Assembly: GCA_965216755.1 (NCBI GenBank)
Contig: CBDCGL010000011.1
Coordinates: forward strand, 1,504,001 to 1,568,000
Reading direction: 5' to 3'
From: Alphaproteobacteria bacterium
GTDB lineage: Bacteria > Pseudomonadota > Alphaproteobacteria > UBA7887
DNA length: 64,000 nucleotides
The notes under the pieces are model-generated. The model did no database searches, was not told the DNA's origin, and worked only from the letters and a program-made list of their open reading frames with translations. Each line of letters begins with the position of its first letter. Position 1 is the stretch's first letter. Positions 1 through 9,498 of this stretch are shown in pieces. The position numbers and the translations under genes are program-made.

Positions 1-333
1 CGAACGCTGGACGACTTTGGCATTCGCGGCCAGCGCCGAGCCGATCGAGTCGGTGTGTGGGTCATCCGCGGAGATGGATCGGAAGCCAAGATCGCCGCCA
101 TCGGGGTCCGCGTGCGCCGCTGGGTGACCTTTCATGGAGTCTCGCTCAATGTCGAGCCGGACCTCGCGCATTATCGCGGCATTGTACCCTGTGGCGTGCG
201 AGAACACGGCGTGACTTCGTTGGTTGACTTGGGCGTGCCGGTGACCATGACCGAGGTCGACGACCGCCTACGCGCGAATTTCGAGGCTGTCTTTGGGCCG
301 ACTGCAGGCTGTTTGGCAATTCAAGTCGCCTAA
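1..333 (+). CDS. lipB: lipoyl(octanoyl) transferase LipB, 3' part (5' end outside window)
   Basis: GVWV...[22 protein letters not shown]...IVPCG motifs. Confidence 0.93.
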   Translation, partial: RTLDDFGIRGQRRADRVGVWVIRGDGSEAKIAAIGVRVRRWVTFHGVSLNVEPDLAHYRGIVPCGVREHGVTSLVDLGVPVTMTEVDDRLRANFEAVFGPTAGCLAIQVA

Positions 334-428
334 ACATCACACTTTGGACGAATCCAGCCCAATCTGAATCGCCGCAGCGGCGATTGCGCATCATATCCAA
401 GCAAGGCCCCTCACCCACTTGTTTGAGC

Positions 429-1850
429 ATGACCGCAGCAATCGCCGATCGTGAGTATTTGCTGGCCCTGCGCAGCGCCCGTGCGGGTCAAAAACCGGAA
501 GCCGAGCGGCTATGCCGGGCGGCGATCGCCCATGCGCCGCGGCATGGCCGCGCTCTGCGTCTGCTCGGCACGTTGGTCGGCGACCGCGGCGATTGCGCGG
601 AAGCGCTAGCGTTATTGCGGGCCGCCGTAGCGGCCGCGCCGTACCTGCCAGAGGGCCATTTCAGTTTGGGCAATGCCCTGCTCAATCTGGACCAGGTCGT
701 CGAGGCCGCAGACTGCTTCAAAGCGGCTTTGGATATCGACCCCAATCACATCGGCGCGCTGATCAATTTGGCCAGCGCGCTCAAAGCGCTATGCATTTGG
801 GACGAAGCCCAGCGCGCAGCTTTGCGGGCGATCGCGCTTCGTCCCAAAGACGCTGCGTTGCGTTACAACCTTGGCAACGTTCTACACGTCATGGGCCGCC
901 CAGCCGAAGCCGCCGCCGCGTTTCGCGACGCAGTCTCTTTGAACCCGATCAACGCCAAATATCACTACAATTTGGCCATCGCGTTGCGGGACGCAGATCA
1001 TAGGGAAGAGGCCGCGCTGGCGTGCGAGAATGCGCTCTCGCTGCGCCCGGACTTGGACGACGCAGTCTATGTCTTGGGCACAACGCTGTTTGACGAGAAA
1101 GATCCGGCGCGCTTCGAAGCCGCCTTGCAACGCCACGTCAATCGCGCGCCCAATGCCGCCCTGGCCCATTTCTACTTGGGGCTGGTCCGCGACCAAATCG
1201 GCCATCGTGAGGCTGCTGCCGGCCATTTCGCTCGCCTGACCGAATATGACCCCGACGAGGACTATCGCTTGGCCAGCTGGCGCTACGCCGTGACACACAG
1301 CACTGGCCGCACCCGCTTGCTGGCGGATGGTCGCGATGCGTTTCGACTCGGTCTAGCGGCTGCCCGTTCCGACGGATTTATTCTGGAGTTTGGAGTTCGG
1401 AACGGCGCCTCGATTCGCCATATCGCTAGCCTTACCTCCGATACCGTCCACGGCTTTGATTCATTTGTCGGCCTGCCCGAGCAATGGGGCGACAACCCCA
1501 GCGGCGTCTATACGGTCCACGGCCAAACACCGCCGCTGCCCGATAACGTGCAACTTCATGTCGGTTGGTTCGCGGAAACCCTGCCCCAATTTGTCGACAA
1601 CTTTGCCGGACCGATCCGCTTTCTGCATATCGATTGCGACATTTACAGCTCCACGCGCACGGTCTTCATCCATGTCGCCGGGCGCGTGGGGCCGGGTACC
1701 GTAATCTTGTTCGACGAATATCTCATGAATCCGGGCTGGCAGGGCGACGAACACCGGGCTCTTACCGAGGCCGCCGCCGAAAATGGCTGGTCGTACGAAT
1801 ATCTCGCATTCAATCTTTTCACCCAGCAAGCCCTCGTCAAACTTAAGTAG
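429..1850 (+). CDS. TPR-repeat protein fused to a TylF/MycF-like class I SAM-dependent methyltransferase domain
   Basis: Multiple TPRs (HFSLGNAL, RYNLGNVL, HYNLAIAL); C-terminal LEFGV..G.S, GFDSF.GLPE.W, GWF.ETLP, FLHIDCDIYSST, LFDEY; ATG at 429 chosen over the upstream TTG at 384. Confidence 0.85.
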   Translation: MTAAIADREYLLALRSARAGQKPEAERLCRAAIAHAPRHGRALRLLGTLVGDRGDCAEALALLRAAVAAAPYLPEGHFSLGNALLNLDQVVEAADCFKAALDIDPNHIGALINLASALKALCIWDEAQRAALRAIALRPKDAALRYNLGNVLHVMGRPAEAAAAFRDAVSLNPINAKYHYNLAIALRDADHREEAALACENALSLRPDLDDAVYVLGTTLFDEKDPARFEAALQRHVNRAPNAALAHFYLGLVRDQIGHREAAAGHFARLTEYDPDEDYRLASWRYAVTHSTGRTRLLADGRDAFRLGLAAARSDGFILEFGVRNGASIRHIASLTSDTVHGFDSFVGLPEQWGDNPSGVYTVHGQTPPLPDNVQLHVGWFAETLPQFVDNFAGPIRFLHIDCDIYSSTRTVFIHVAGRVGPGTVILFDEYLMNPGWQGDEHRALTEAAAENGWSYEYLAFNLFTQQALVKLK

Positions 1851-2087
1851 AATCGAGTTTGGTGGCCGGCTTCGGTTCGGCTGTTGCAAACTCCCAAGAC
1901 TAAGAATCTACTTTGTCTGAATGCCACGATCACCAAATGTGTCGTCGCTGAGAATGGTGACACGTGCTCTCCGAGCCACTTGCGCAGGAACTCGGCAGCA
2001 CGCAGCCTGCGGATGGTCGCCGCCCACCGGTCGGGTTAAGATTGCCCCATCTTTCGATCCATGACAGCGCCAGCGGAGGCAATTGCT

Positions 2088-2978
2088 ATGGCAGCCATCG
2101 GATTCATCGGCATTGGCAAAATGGGCGCACCAATGGTGCGAAATCTCCTTAGAGCCGGCCATGCGGTCAAAGCGTACGACCACTCTGAAGACGCGCGTAA
2201 TCTTGCCATCCAGCTCGGCGCCCAGGAGGCACGCTCCGCCGCCGACGCGGCAACCGACGTCGCGTACGTGATCACGATGCTGCCGGTGGGCGCCAACGTA
2301 CGCGCGGTATACCTGGACGATGGCGTGCTGGATGCCGCATCCGACGGGACTCTGTTGATCGATTCCTCAACCATCGACGTCGAAACGGCAAGCGTTGTGC
2401 ACGAGGCCGCGGCGAAATCCAACCTTGCTATGCTCGACGCGCCGGTATCAGGCGGCACCATGGGCGCCGAAGCGGCCACCCTCACCTTCATGTGCGGCGG
2501 CGAAAAATCAGCATTCGACAAGGCCAAGCCCATCTTGGCGGATATGGGCCGAAATATCGTCCATTGCGGCGGCCCCGGCATGGGTCAAGCGACTAAGATC
2601 TGCAACAATATGGTTGCCGGAGTCTCTGTTCTGGTCCTCTCCGAAGCCTTCATTATGGGCGAGAAACTCGGTGTCGACCGCCAGATCCTGTTTGACGTGC
2701 TGTCCACATCGAGCGCCGATTGTTGGGCGTTACGCAATGTCTGCCCGTTGCCGGGGCCGGTGCCAAACGCCCCGGCCGGGCGCGACTATGAACCAGGTTT
2801 CTCGGCAGCACTCATGCTGAAGGATTTGCGCTTGGCGCAATCGGCTGCCCAAATGGCCGGTACGTCGACCCCTCTGGGGGCCGTGGCAGCCGCCGTTTAC
2901 GCGCTTCACGTCAACAGCGGCAGCGGCTCGCTGGACATGTCGAGTATTGTCAGACTGATCGAGGGCGCGAATTCGTAA
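2088..2978 (+). CDS. mmsB: 3-hydroxyisobutyrate dehydrogenase
   Basis: IGFIGIGKMG Rossmann motif, LDAPVSGG, TKICNN, CPLPGPVP..PA.RDY.PGF, LMLKDLRLA; GGAGG RBS upstream of ATG 2088. Confidence 0.9.
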   Translation: MAAIGFIGIGKMGAPMVRNLLRAGHAVKAYDHSEDARNLAIQLGAQEARSAADAATDVAYVITMLPVGANVRAVYLDDGVLDAASDGTLLIDSSTIDVETASVVHEAAAKSNLAMLDAPVSGGTMGAEAATLTFMCGGEKSAFDKAKPILADMGRNIVHCGGPGMGQATKICNNMVAGVSVLVLSEAFIMGEKLGVDRQILFDVLSTSSADCWALRNVCPLPGPVPNAPAGRDYEPGFSAALMLKDLRLAQSAAQMAGTSTPLGAVAAAVYALHVNSGSGSLDMSSIVRLIEGANS

Positions 2979-3012
2979 TCAAAAGTATCCGGTACCGGGC
3001 GAGGTTGTATTT

Positions 3013-3810
3013 ATGATTAAGCTTTATACGCATCCGCAATCACCTTGCGCCCAAAAGGTGCGCATCGTTCTCAAAGAAAAGGAATTGACTTGGGAGCCGG
3101 TTCACGTTGATTTGCCGAACAAGGAGAACTTGCGTCCGGAATATTTAAAGTTGAATCCGCTCGGCGTTGTCCCGACGCTGGTCCATGACGACAAGCCGGT
3201 GATCGAATCGTCGATCATCTGTGAGTTTCTCGATGACCTGGCGCCTGCGCCGCCCCTGCGGCCAGCCGACCCACACCTCACAGCACAAATGCGGTTTTGG
3301 ATGAAACATATTGATACAAAACTGCATCCGTCCTGTGGTGCGCTGCAATGGCCGCTGGTCATGCGCCCCGGTTTGATGGCCAAGAACGAAGACGAACGTG
3401 AGGCCTTGCTGGCCAAGATCCCGGAGAAGCCGAGACGCGAACGACAAAGACGGCTGGTCAAGATGGGACTCGATGCGCCGGACGTCGCCGACGCCGTCGG
3501 CGTCTACCGGGGCACCGTGATTGATATGGAGAACGCGTTGGCGGGCGCAGGCCCATGGCTTCTAGGTGTAGAGTTTTCGTTAGCTGACTGTGCAATGGCC
3601 CCCTATTTTCAGACGCTAGTCCAATTTGGTTGGCAGGCCCTCTACGCGGATGATTGTCGGCACGTAGCCGGATGGGTTGATCGGATGATGAGCCGTCCCT
3701 CGTACCAAGTTGGCGTCGCAGCAGACCTCGGTCCCGACCTGCGGGCTGATCTTTTGGCCAAAGGTGAACCGGCTTGGCCGAAGATTGCCCAGCATTTGGC
3801 GGCCGCATAG
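3013..3810 (+). CDS. glutathione S-transferase family protein (long form with a helical insertion)
   Basis: [43 protein letters not shown]. Confidence 0.9.
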   Translation: MIKLYTHPQSPCAQKVRIVLKEKELTWEPVHVDLPNKENLRPEYLKLNPLGVVPTLVHDDKPVIESSIICEFLDDLAPAPPLRPADPHLTAQMRFWMKHIDTKLHPSCGALQWPLVMRPGLMAKNEDEREALLAKIPEKPRRERQRRLVKMGLDAPDVADAVGVYRGTVIDMENALAGAGPWLLGVEFSLADCAMAPYFQTLVQFGWQALYADDCRHVAGWVDRMMSRPSYQVGVAADLGPDLRADLLAKGEPAWPKIAQHLAAA

Positions 3811-3858
3811 CGCCAGAATCTCATGGCGAGACCAGAGGATGCAACAAGAGGATCCGAT

Positions 3859-5301
3859 ATGAGCGATCACCGGAATCACGACCGACCTTTCTGGCAATGG
3901 AGCGCCTGTGACCTTGCCACTGCCATAAGTTGCCGGGACATCAGTTGTGTCGACGTGATGACAAGCGTCGTCGCGCGCCTCCGCGCCACGAATGACGAAA
4001 TCAATGCTGTTGTTGATGACCTGAGCGAAGAGGCAATGCGGCAAGCAGCGGCGCACGATCAGGTGCTTGCCGACACGGGTCCCATCGGCCCCCTTCACGG
4101 GGTACCTGTAACGATCAAAGAAAACGTCGATCAAAAGGATCGTGCCACACCCAACGGCGTTACGGCGTTCAAGGACGTGATCGCGCCTGATGACTCACCG
4201 ATCGTGCGCAATTTCACGAACGCCGGCGCCATTGTCATCGGCCGAACGAACACGCCGGAGTTTTCGTTTCGCGCTACCACGGTCAACGAATTGCACGGCC
4301 GCACGTTCAACCCGTGGAACAACGAAGCGTCGGCCGGCGGCTCTTCGGGCGGCGCCGCGTCCGGCGCCATGATGGGCTACGCGCCCCTCGCCCACGGCAA
4401 CGATATCGGCGGCAGCCTGCGGTTTCCGGCTTACGCATGCGGTGCCTGCACGGTGAAACCAGGGTTGGGCCGGACACCGGCCTATAATCCCTCGGCCGCG
4501 GTCGAAAGGGGACTGCTGGCACAGATCATGTCCGTGCAGGGTGTCATCGCTCGCGAAGTGAAAGACGTGCGACTGGCAATGCGGTCGTTGGTCAGCTATG
4601 ACCCGCACGATCCCTGGATGGTGCCGATGCCGTTTGAGGGACCGCGGCCGGAGGGTCCGGTCAAGGTCGCATTCACCAAGAATACGTTTGAGTTCGAGCT
4701 TCATCCGGCAGTGTCGAAGGCACTGGACACCGCGCGCGAAGCATTGGCTGACGCGGGCTATGAGATCCACGTTGTCGCACCACCGCTGTTGCGCGAAGTC
4801 GCAGAAGCTGGCGCCAAATGTTTGTTCGGCGAAGTCAAGGCACTGCTGGATAAGGATGTTCGCAAGTATGGCAGCAGTACATTGAACGACATCTTCGATG
4901 GCTATTACGCGTATTTTGCGCCTCATGAAGGCAACGAACTCTTGACCGCCCTTGCCGAACGGGCGCGCTTTGTGCGCGCGTGGACCGTGTTCCTGCAGGA
5001 CTATCCGCTGGTCTTGACACCGTTCTTGCCGGCCCCGACGTTCGCTTGGGATCGCGACGCGCAGGGCGCCGAAGGTATTCGGGAAGTCCTCGGTAGCGCG
5101 CTCTACAGCTACTCGATGAATTTCATGGGCTTGCCGGCGGGAAACGTCCCAGCCGACCACAATGACGGACTACCTGTTGGCGTGCAGATTGTCGGTCAGA
5201 GATTTCGCGAAGACCTTATCTTGGATGCCGCCGAAGCGATCGAATCCCGGGTCGGAATCATGGCGCATCGCTTGTGGGCGCGTGCCCCAAGCGACCCATA
5301 A
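3859..5301 (+). CDS. amidase signature family enzyme
   Basis: GPLHGVPVTIKE, GRTNTPEF, GGSSGGAA, NDIGGSLRFPA, GLPVGVQIVG. Confidence 0.93.
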   Translation: MSDHRNHDRPFWQWSACDLATAISCRDISCVDVMTSVVARLRATNDEINAVVDDLSEEAMRQAAAHDQVLADTGPIGPLHGVPVTIKENVDQKDRATPNGVTAFKDVIAPDDSPIVRNFTNAGAIVIGRTNTPEFSFRATTVNELHGRTFNPWNNEASAGGSSGGAASGAMMGYAPLAHGNDIGGSLRFPAYACGACTVKPGLGRTPAYNPSAAVERGLLAQIMSVQGVIAREVKDVRLAMRSLVSYDPHDPWMVPMPFEGPRPEGPVKVAFTKNTFEFELHPAVSKALDTAREALADAGYEIHVVAPPLLREVAEAGAKCLFGEVKALLDKDVRKYGSSTLNDIFDGYYAYFAPHEGNELLTALAERARFVRAWTVFLQDYPLVLTPFLPAPTFAWDRDAQGAEGIREVLGSALYSYSMNFMGLPAGNVPADHNDGLPVGVQIVGQRFREDLILDAAEAIESRVGIMAHRLWARAPSDP

Positions 5302-5307
5302 AACGGA

Positions 5308-6255
5308 CTATGGGCAGGGTGGCGGCGCGGATTCGTCGTATTTGCGGAACAGTTGGAACACCGCACGCTGATATTCACGATCGATCCCGAACAGATTCGT
5401 AAATCGGTCAGGCATCTCTAGCGCAAGTGTTTCCGCAGGTGAGTCACCCATGCGGTAAGAACACGCGACCCGAGCTTCCAAAAATGCCAAATAGTCCGAC
5501 ATACCGTCCAGGACCGCACGATCGGTAACCAATGGGCCATGCCCCGGGATCATCCGCTGCCAGTCCCATTTGGCCAACGTCACCAGTTGTCCCAACCATG
5601 TTTGAACATCCCCGTGGGGCACGGTGGGTACGCGCCCATTAAAGACCAAATCGCCGGCAAACAGAGTCTGGGTCGCATTGTCGAAAACAACCAAATCGCC
5701 GGGTGTGTGACCGCCTTCGAAGACCTCGATTTCAACCAGGCGCTCACCGAGATCGATGGCTACAGCCTCGGTAATGGGGTTTGTCGGCGCGCCGATTGTT
5801 GTTCCTTCCGTCCATGCGGCGCCAACCAGCTCTGTCACGAAATCGAGAAGGATGACGCCGTCACGGGTCAACATGGAAGCCGCATCCGGATGCATGATGA
5901 CGTCGTAACCGCGTTCGACAAACACCGGAATGCCGAACGAATGATCCTGGTGGTGATGGCTGACAACGACGGCCACAATTGGTAACTCGGTCACCCGCTG
6001 AATGGCGGCCAACATCTGTTCGGCATAACGACGGGTTGTGCCGGTATCAACGACAAGCACCGCCTCTGTCCCAACAATGAATCCGGCATTCGCGATATTG
6101 CCGCCGTTGCTTGGCAAGAGCGCCGCTTGTTCACCCCAAAATGTGAATAGGCCGGGCGCCGTCTCAAACGGTGTAAGGCCGTAATCCGCTGCAGACGCCG
6201 CCGTCGCGGCGAAGACCAGGGCGGCGGCGCAGGCATATCGGCACAGCAGCGACAT
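5308..6255 (-). CDS. exported metallo-beta-lactamase-fold zinc hydrolase (quinoprotein-relay/SoxH-like)
   Basis: Signal peptide; NGGNIANAGFIVG, SHHHQDHSFG, GHTPGDL, GDLVF, PGHG; adjacent to SoxYZ-like gene. Confidence 0.85.
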   Translation of the reverse strand: MSLLCRYACAAALVFAATAASAADYGLTPFETAPGLFTFWGEQAALLPSNGGNIANAGFIVGTEAVLVVDTGTTRRYAEQMLAAIQRVTELPIVAVVVSHHHQDHSFGIPVFVERGYDVIMHPDAASMLTRDGVILLDFVTELVGAAWTEGTTIGAPTNPITEAVAIDLGERLVEIEVFEGGHTPGDLVVFDNATQTLFAGDLVFNGRVPTVPHGDVQTWLGQLVTLAKWDWQRMIPGHGPLVTDRAVLDGMSDYLAFLEARVACSYRMGDSPAETLALEMPDRFTNLFGIDREYQRAVFQLFRKYDESAPPPCP

Positions 6256-6260
6256 TTCGC

Positions 6261-7046
6261 TTACATTTTGGCCGGAGTGCCATCCAGAATAAATGACATG
6301 CCGTCAGTATCTTCCGCAGAAATGCGTACACTTTGCTGAGTCTCGGGAATGTCAAACATAAAGACCGGATCCGCGGCCACCGAGGCCCACAGCACCATAC
6401 TGGCAAGGCCCCCAAATTCGTCGCTCACCGACAGTCGCTCGATATATTGAGCCGGAATGACATCGCCCGCCGCGTCGAGCACCAAACCGGTATGCATGGG
6501 ATGGCCGATCTTTACCTTGAGACGACTATCGCCATCGGCGCGCACGAATTGCCGCATGGCTATTTCCCCGCGACCCGCGCCGCCGCCCGCGCCGTCGGGT
6601 GCCGAACAGCCACCCGGCGTCATGACTTGGACCTGTTTGTGCACGATATGCCACAGTCCATCCGCATCCATGATTGCGGCTCGCACCGGCGTTGATTCTT
6701 CAAGTCGAATGTCAAAGCCAACAGCCTTAAACGGACGTTGCGGGTAAATCCGGGCCACTGTCGGAAATGGGTTGTTTTCAGCAAACAACGCAATCTCGGC
6801 AACTTCGTAAGGCGTGTCGGCAAAATTCATGACGACCGGAACGCTGAATGCTTCCTCGACTTGGTCCGGGACGACAAGATAAATGCTCTCGTCATAAACA
6901 ACGTCCGCGCCCTCGAATTCCATCTCCAAGATGCCCCGCCACATTTCGGAATTGAGCGGATCGCTTCGAGACTCAGCCACGCCTTGTGGCGCATAGAGTG
7001 CGACAGCCATGACGGTAAACATGGCACACAAAGTCAATCGTAACAT
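6261..7046 (-). CDS. fused SoxY/SoxZ-like carrier (quinoprotein dehydrogenase-associated type)
   Basis: Signal peptide; DPLNS.MW, ENNPFP, IRLEESTPVRAA, GGCSAP swinging-arm Cys, HPMHTG (SoxZ-like); AAGGAG RBS before ATG 7046. Confidence 0.85.
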   Translation of the reverse strand: MLRLTLCAMFTVMAVALYAPQGVAESRSDPLNSEMWRGILEMEFEGADVVYDESIYLVVPDQVEEAFSVPVVMNFADTPYEVAEIALFAENNPFPTVARIYPQRPFKAVGFDIRLEESTPVRAAIMDADGLWHIVHKQVQVMTPGGCSAPDGAGGGAGRGEIAMRQFVRADGDSRLKVKIGHPMHTGLVLDAAGDVIPAQYIERLSVSDEFGGLASMVLWASVAADPVFMFDIPETQQSVRISAEDTDGMSFILDGTPAKM

Positions 7047-7216
7047 CCGCAAGGCTCCTTGACACTCTTCTCTAAATTTGGGCGCATGCAACTATGGATT
7101 CGATCAGCCGATTATTGAAGCGATTTATTGTCCATTACCGACGTATGTCTAACCAAATCTCTACACAATTTGTAAAACAGCATCCACACGCAAAAGTTGT
7201 GGAGACACGAACCGGC

Positions 7217-8134
7217 CTACTCCGTTTGCCGATCGAGATCCGAGAACATTCGACGCGGCGGCAACGCTTCGAGCACTGATGCTCTTTTCTCGACGAATCC
7301 GGGCGCCCGATGCACGGCTATGCCCGCTTCGTCGGCGGTCGATGTCCGCAGAATCCGACCCAAATTGTGAATTCGCGGCCGCGTTTCACCGCATCGGCTG
7401 ATCACGATGTCGTCAGCCCACCATTCCACAACATCGCTCGACACGCCAGCGCGATTCAATTCATCGTTGAGCTCGAAATAGTGTTGTACGTGTGCACCGG
7501 TCACCGCGTAGATCTCATGAAGAATATCGACCGAAAGATCGGCTTCCTGATGCCAAGTCGCGCGGTCGGTGCCAACCAATCCGTGCGGGATAGAGGGATC
7601 TTCGATGAGACGCTTGAACAAGCGCGCGATTTGGCCGGGGAATATGCACAGATCATCGTCTATCACTAAAATGTAGTCGGCCACTGCGCCAATGGCCGTA
7701 TCCCATCGTTTGCCGGCACCCGCCCGTGTTTCTTGAGAAATAACCGAGATCCGCCGATCTCCGATCCCAAGATGATCTTCAACTGTCAAATCCGGATTGT
7801 GGTTTGAAATGATGATGCGGTCGACAAACGCGCAACGACGAAGGGCGCGGATCTGCGGCGTAAGGTTTCGTGCCCGAACAGCATGGAAAACCGGCAGCAC
7901 GACTGTCAGCCGTTCCGGACGCGGTATCGACACGCGCCATGGCCATCGGCCAGCCAGCGCGAATGCTGCGCGCCGACAACCCCTTCGCGCTTTCGCCATG
8001 GTCCGCCGCGCGCCACTCACTTCTTCTTGCTCGCCTGTTTCACGCGCGCCTGAAAAAGCACTTCTCGCCGGATTGACGCCGACTTCGCCTGCAATCTGAT
8101 CATGTAGCGGCGCCCGCACCTCAACCATCGGCAC
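7217..8134 (-). CDS. GT-A fold glycosyltransferase, GT64/EXTL2-like (true start probably ~7999-8020)
   Basis: LTVVLPVF...R, IIISNHN, YILVIDDDL (DxD), ADDIVIS, C-terminal H..R..LE.L. Confidence 0.7.
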   Translation of the reverse strand: MPMVEVRAPLHDQIAGEVGVNPARSAFSGARETGEQEEVSGARRTMAKARRGCRRAAFALAGRWPWRVSIPRPERLTVVLPVFHAVRARNLTPQIRALRRCAFVDRIIISNHNPDLTVEDHLGIGDRRISVISQETRAGAGKRWDTAIGAVADYILVIDDDLCIFPGQIARLFKRLIEDPSIPHGLVGTDRATWHQEADLSVDILHEIYAVTGAHVQHYFELNDELNRAGVSSDVVEWWADDIVISRCGETRPRIHNLGRILRTSTADEAGIAVHRAPGFVEKRASVLEALPPRRMFSDLDRQTE

Positions 8135-8530
8135 CGAAAATCACGCGACGACATGGCCCTGTTTCCGGCGTGACACAATCTGATGAAATCTTGAGGCTTC
8201 GCACATGGACATAACTATTGGTCGGCGCCACGACCCCTCCATTGATTGCCCGAACATGAGCGCGCGAGCATTTTTCCCAGGCGCACGACTTTGGCGGGCG
8301 GCATGCTACCAGGAACATAACGCATTGGTGAACTGCGTTGATTGTATGTCGGCAGAAATGATCGATCCGGGGCATGCGCTAATATCAACCAATAGTCGCC
8401 GCGCACGCGCGCCGCCCGATCGGCTTCACATGCAGTGATGTTCTTCGGTCGAACTGGGCGTTGGACAGAATAGGCCCGACCCGCAACCCAAATTCAAGCA
8501 CCCAAAGGCGTTTGTTAACCTTTTTCGATC

Positions 8531-8552
8531 TTCAATCGCCTGCACGATTGAA
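8531..8552. promoter_or_regulatory. perfect 8-bp palindrome TTCAATCG-N6-CGATTGAA, candidate operator or hairpin
   Basis: Seen directly, immediately upstream of the GAGG RBS of the protease gene at 8566. Confidence 0.35.
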
Positions 8553-8565
8553 AGAGGTTTGACCC

Positions 8566-9324
8566 ATGCCACTTCGGGCGAAGCGACCGTACCTGCTGGC
8601 ACTATGGCTGGCAACGTGGATGACCGCCGGCTGCGCGCCCTCGGCACAGCAGCATGCTCCGAGCGCGGCGCCGATCGATCACACATTCGCGGGCGCAGCC
8701 CTCACCACTCAGACCGATCGCGCATCCGCGGGTGCAGCCCTCACCGCTCAGATTGATCGCATCATGCGGCAGGCGACCGTGCGCGTTGCCCATTCGGTGG
8801 GCCACGGGACGGGCGTAATCGTATCTAACCGCCACGTCGTTACCGCTTGGCATGTCGTAAATGAGGGCTCGATCGAAGTCGCCTTTTTTGCCGGGGAGGC
8901 AAAACCGGCCACCGTGGTTTGGACGGATGAGGACCTTGACCTCGCGGTGCTGTCGGTCAACGTTCCCGACCGTTATATGCCCTCGCACGTAAATTGCCAC
9001 GCGCCGCGCCCACGGCGGCAGCATCTGACGGCTGTCGGCCATCCGTCTGATGCCGGTTGGGTCGCCATCGCGGGATATGTTGACGAATTGGAACCAATTG
9101 GCACAGGCCCATTTCTCGAAATGGCTCTGCCGATCGGCCTGGGTGCGTCCGGTGGACCGGTCTTCGACGAAGATGGCGACCTGATCGGCATCGTATCGGC
9201 CATTCTGGTCGAACAGCATGTCTTGGACGCGATGGAAACGGCTTTCCCCGGCCTGACGCCCGCCTACGGCACGGGCGTGATGATTCCGACTGCATCATTC
9301 TGCGATGTCCTGGGGCAGATCTGA
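8566..9324 (+). CDS. trypsin-like (S1) serine protease, probable lipoprotein, no PDZ domain
   Basis: Lipobox-like TAGC; HGTGV, VVTAWHVV (His), DLDLAVL (Asp), GASGGPVF (Ser). Confidence 0.88.
   Translation: MPLRAKRPYLLALWLATWMTAGCAPSAQQHAPSAAPIDHTFAGAALTTQTDRASAGAALTAQIDRIMRQATVRVAHSVGHGTGVIVSNRHVVTAWHVVNEGSIEVAFFAGEAKPATVVWTDEDLDLAVLSVNVPDRYMPSHVNCHAPRPRRQHLTAVGHPSDAGWVAIAGYVDELEPIGTGPFLEMALPIGLGASGGPVFDEDGDLIGIVSAILVEQHVLDAMETAFPGLTPAYGTGVMIPTASFCDVLGQI
8677..8763 (+). repeat. 39-bp imperfect tandem repeat (2 copies plus a partial third) in the protease linker
   Basis: gatcacacattcgcgggcgcagccctcaccactcagacc / gatcgcgcatccgcgggtgcagccctcaccgctcagatt / gatcgcatc. Confidence 0.85.
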
Positions 9325-9363
9325 TAGCGCGTGCTTTGCGATCGCAAAACCATCGGCGGTGCG

Positions 9364-9416
9364 AAAAAAAAGAACCGCGGCTCTCCTGCCCAAAGATTGG
9401 TACCCAGGAGAACCGC
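9364..9416 (-). terminator. intrinsic terminator downstream of the peptidoglycan-binding gene
   Basis: Minus strand: GCGGTTCTCCTG...CAGGAGAGCCGC stem followed by GGTTC and T8. Confidence 0.6.
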
Positions 9417-9498
9417 GCAAATATTCCTGGCCGATCTGTATGAAATCGGCTCGGTCGCCTATGGCGTCGCGCGCAGAAAAATGCGCGCGATAAGCGCC

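Noticed and set aside
8121-8375. Cys-rich 84-aa ORF as a RiPP precursor or small protein
   Set aside because: No RBS, leader pattern or modifying enzymes nearby; overlaps other equally weak ORFs
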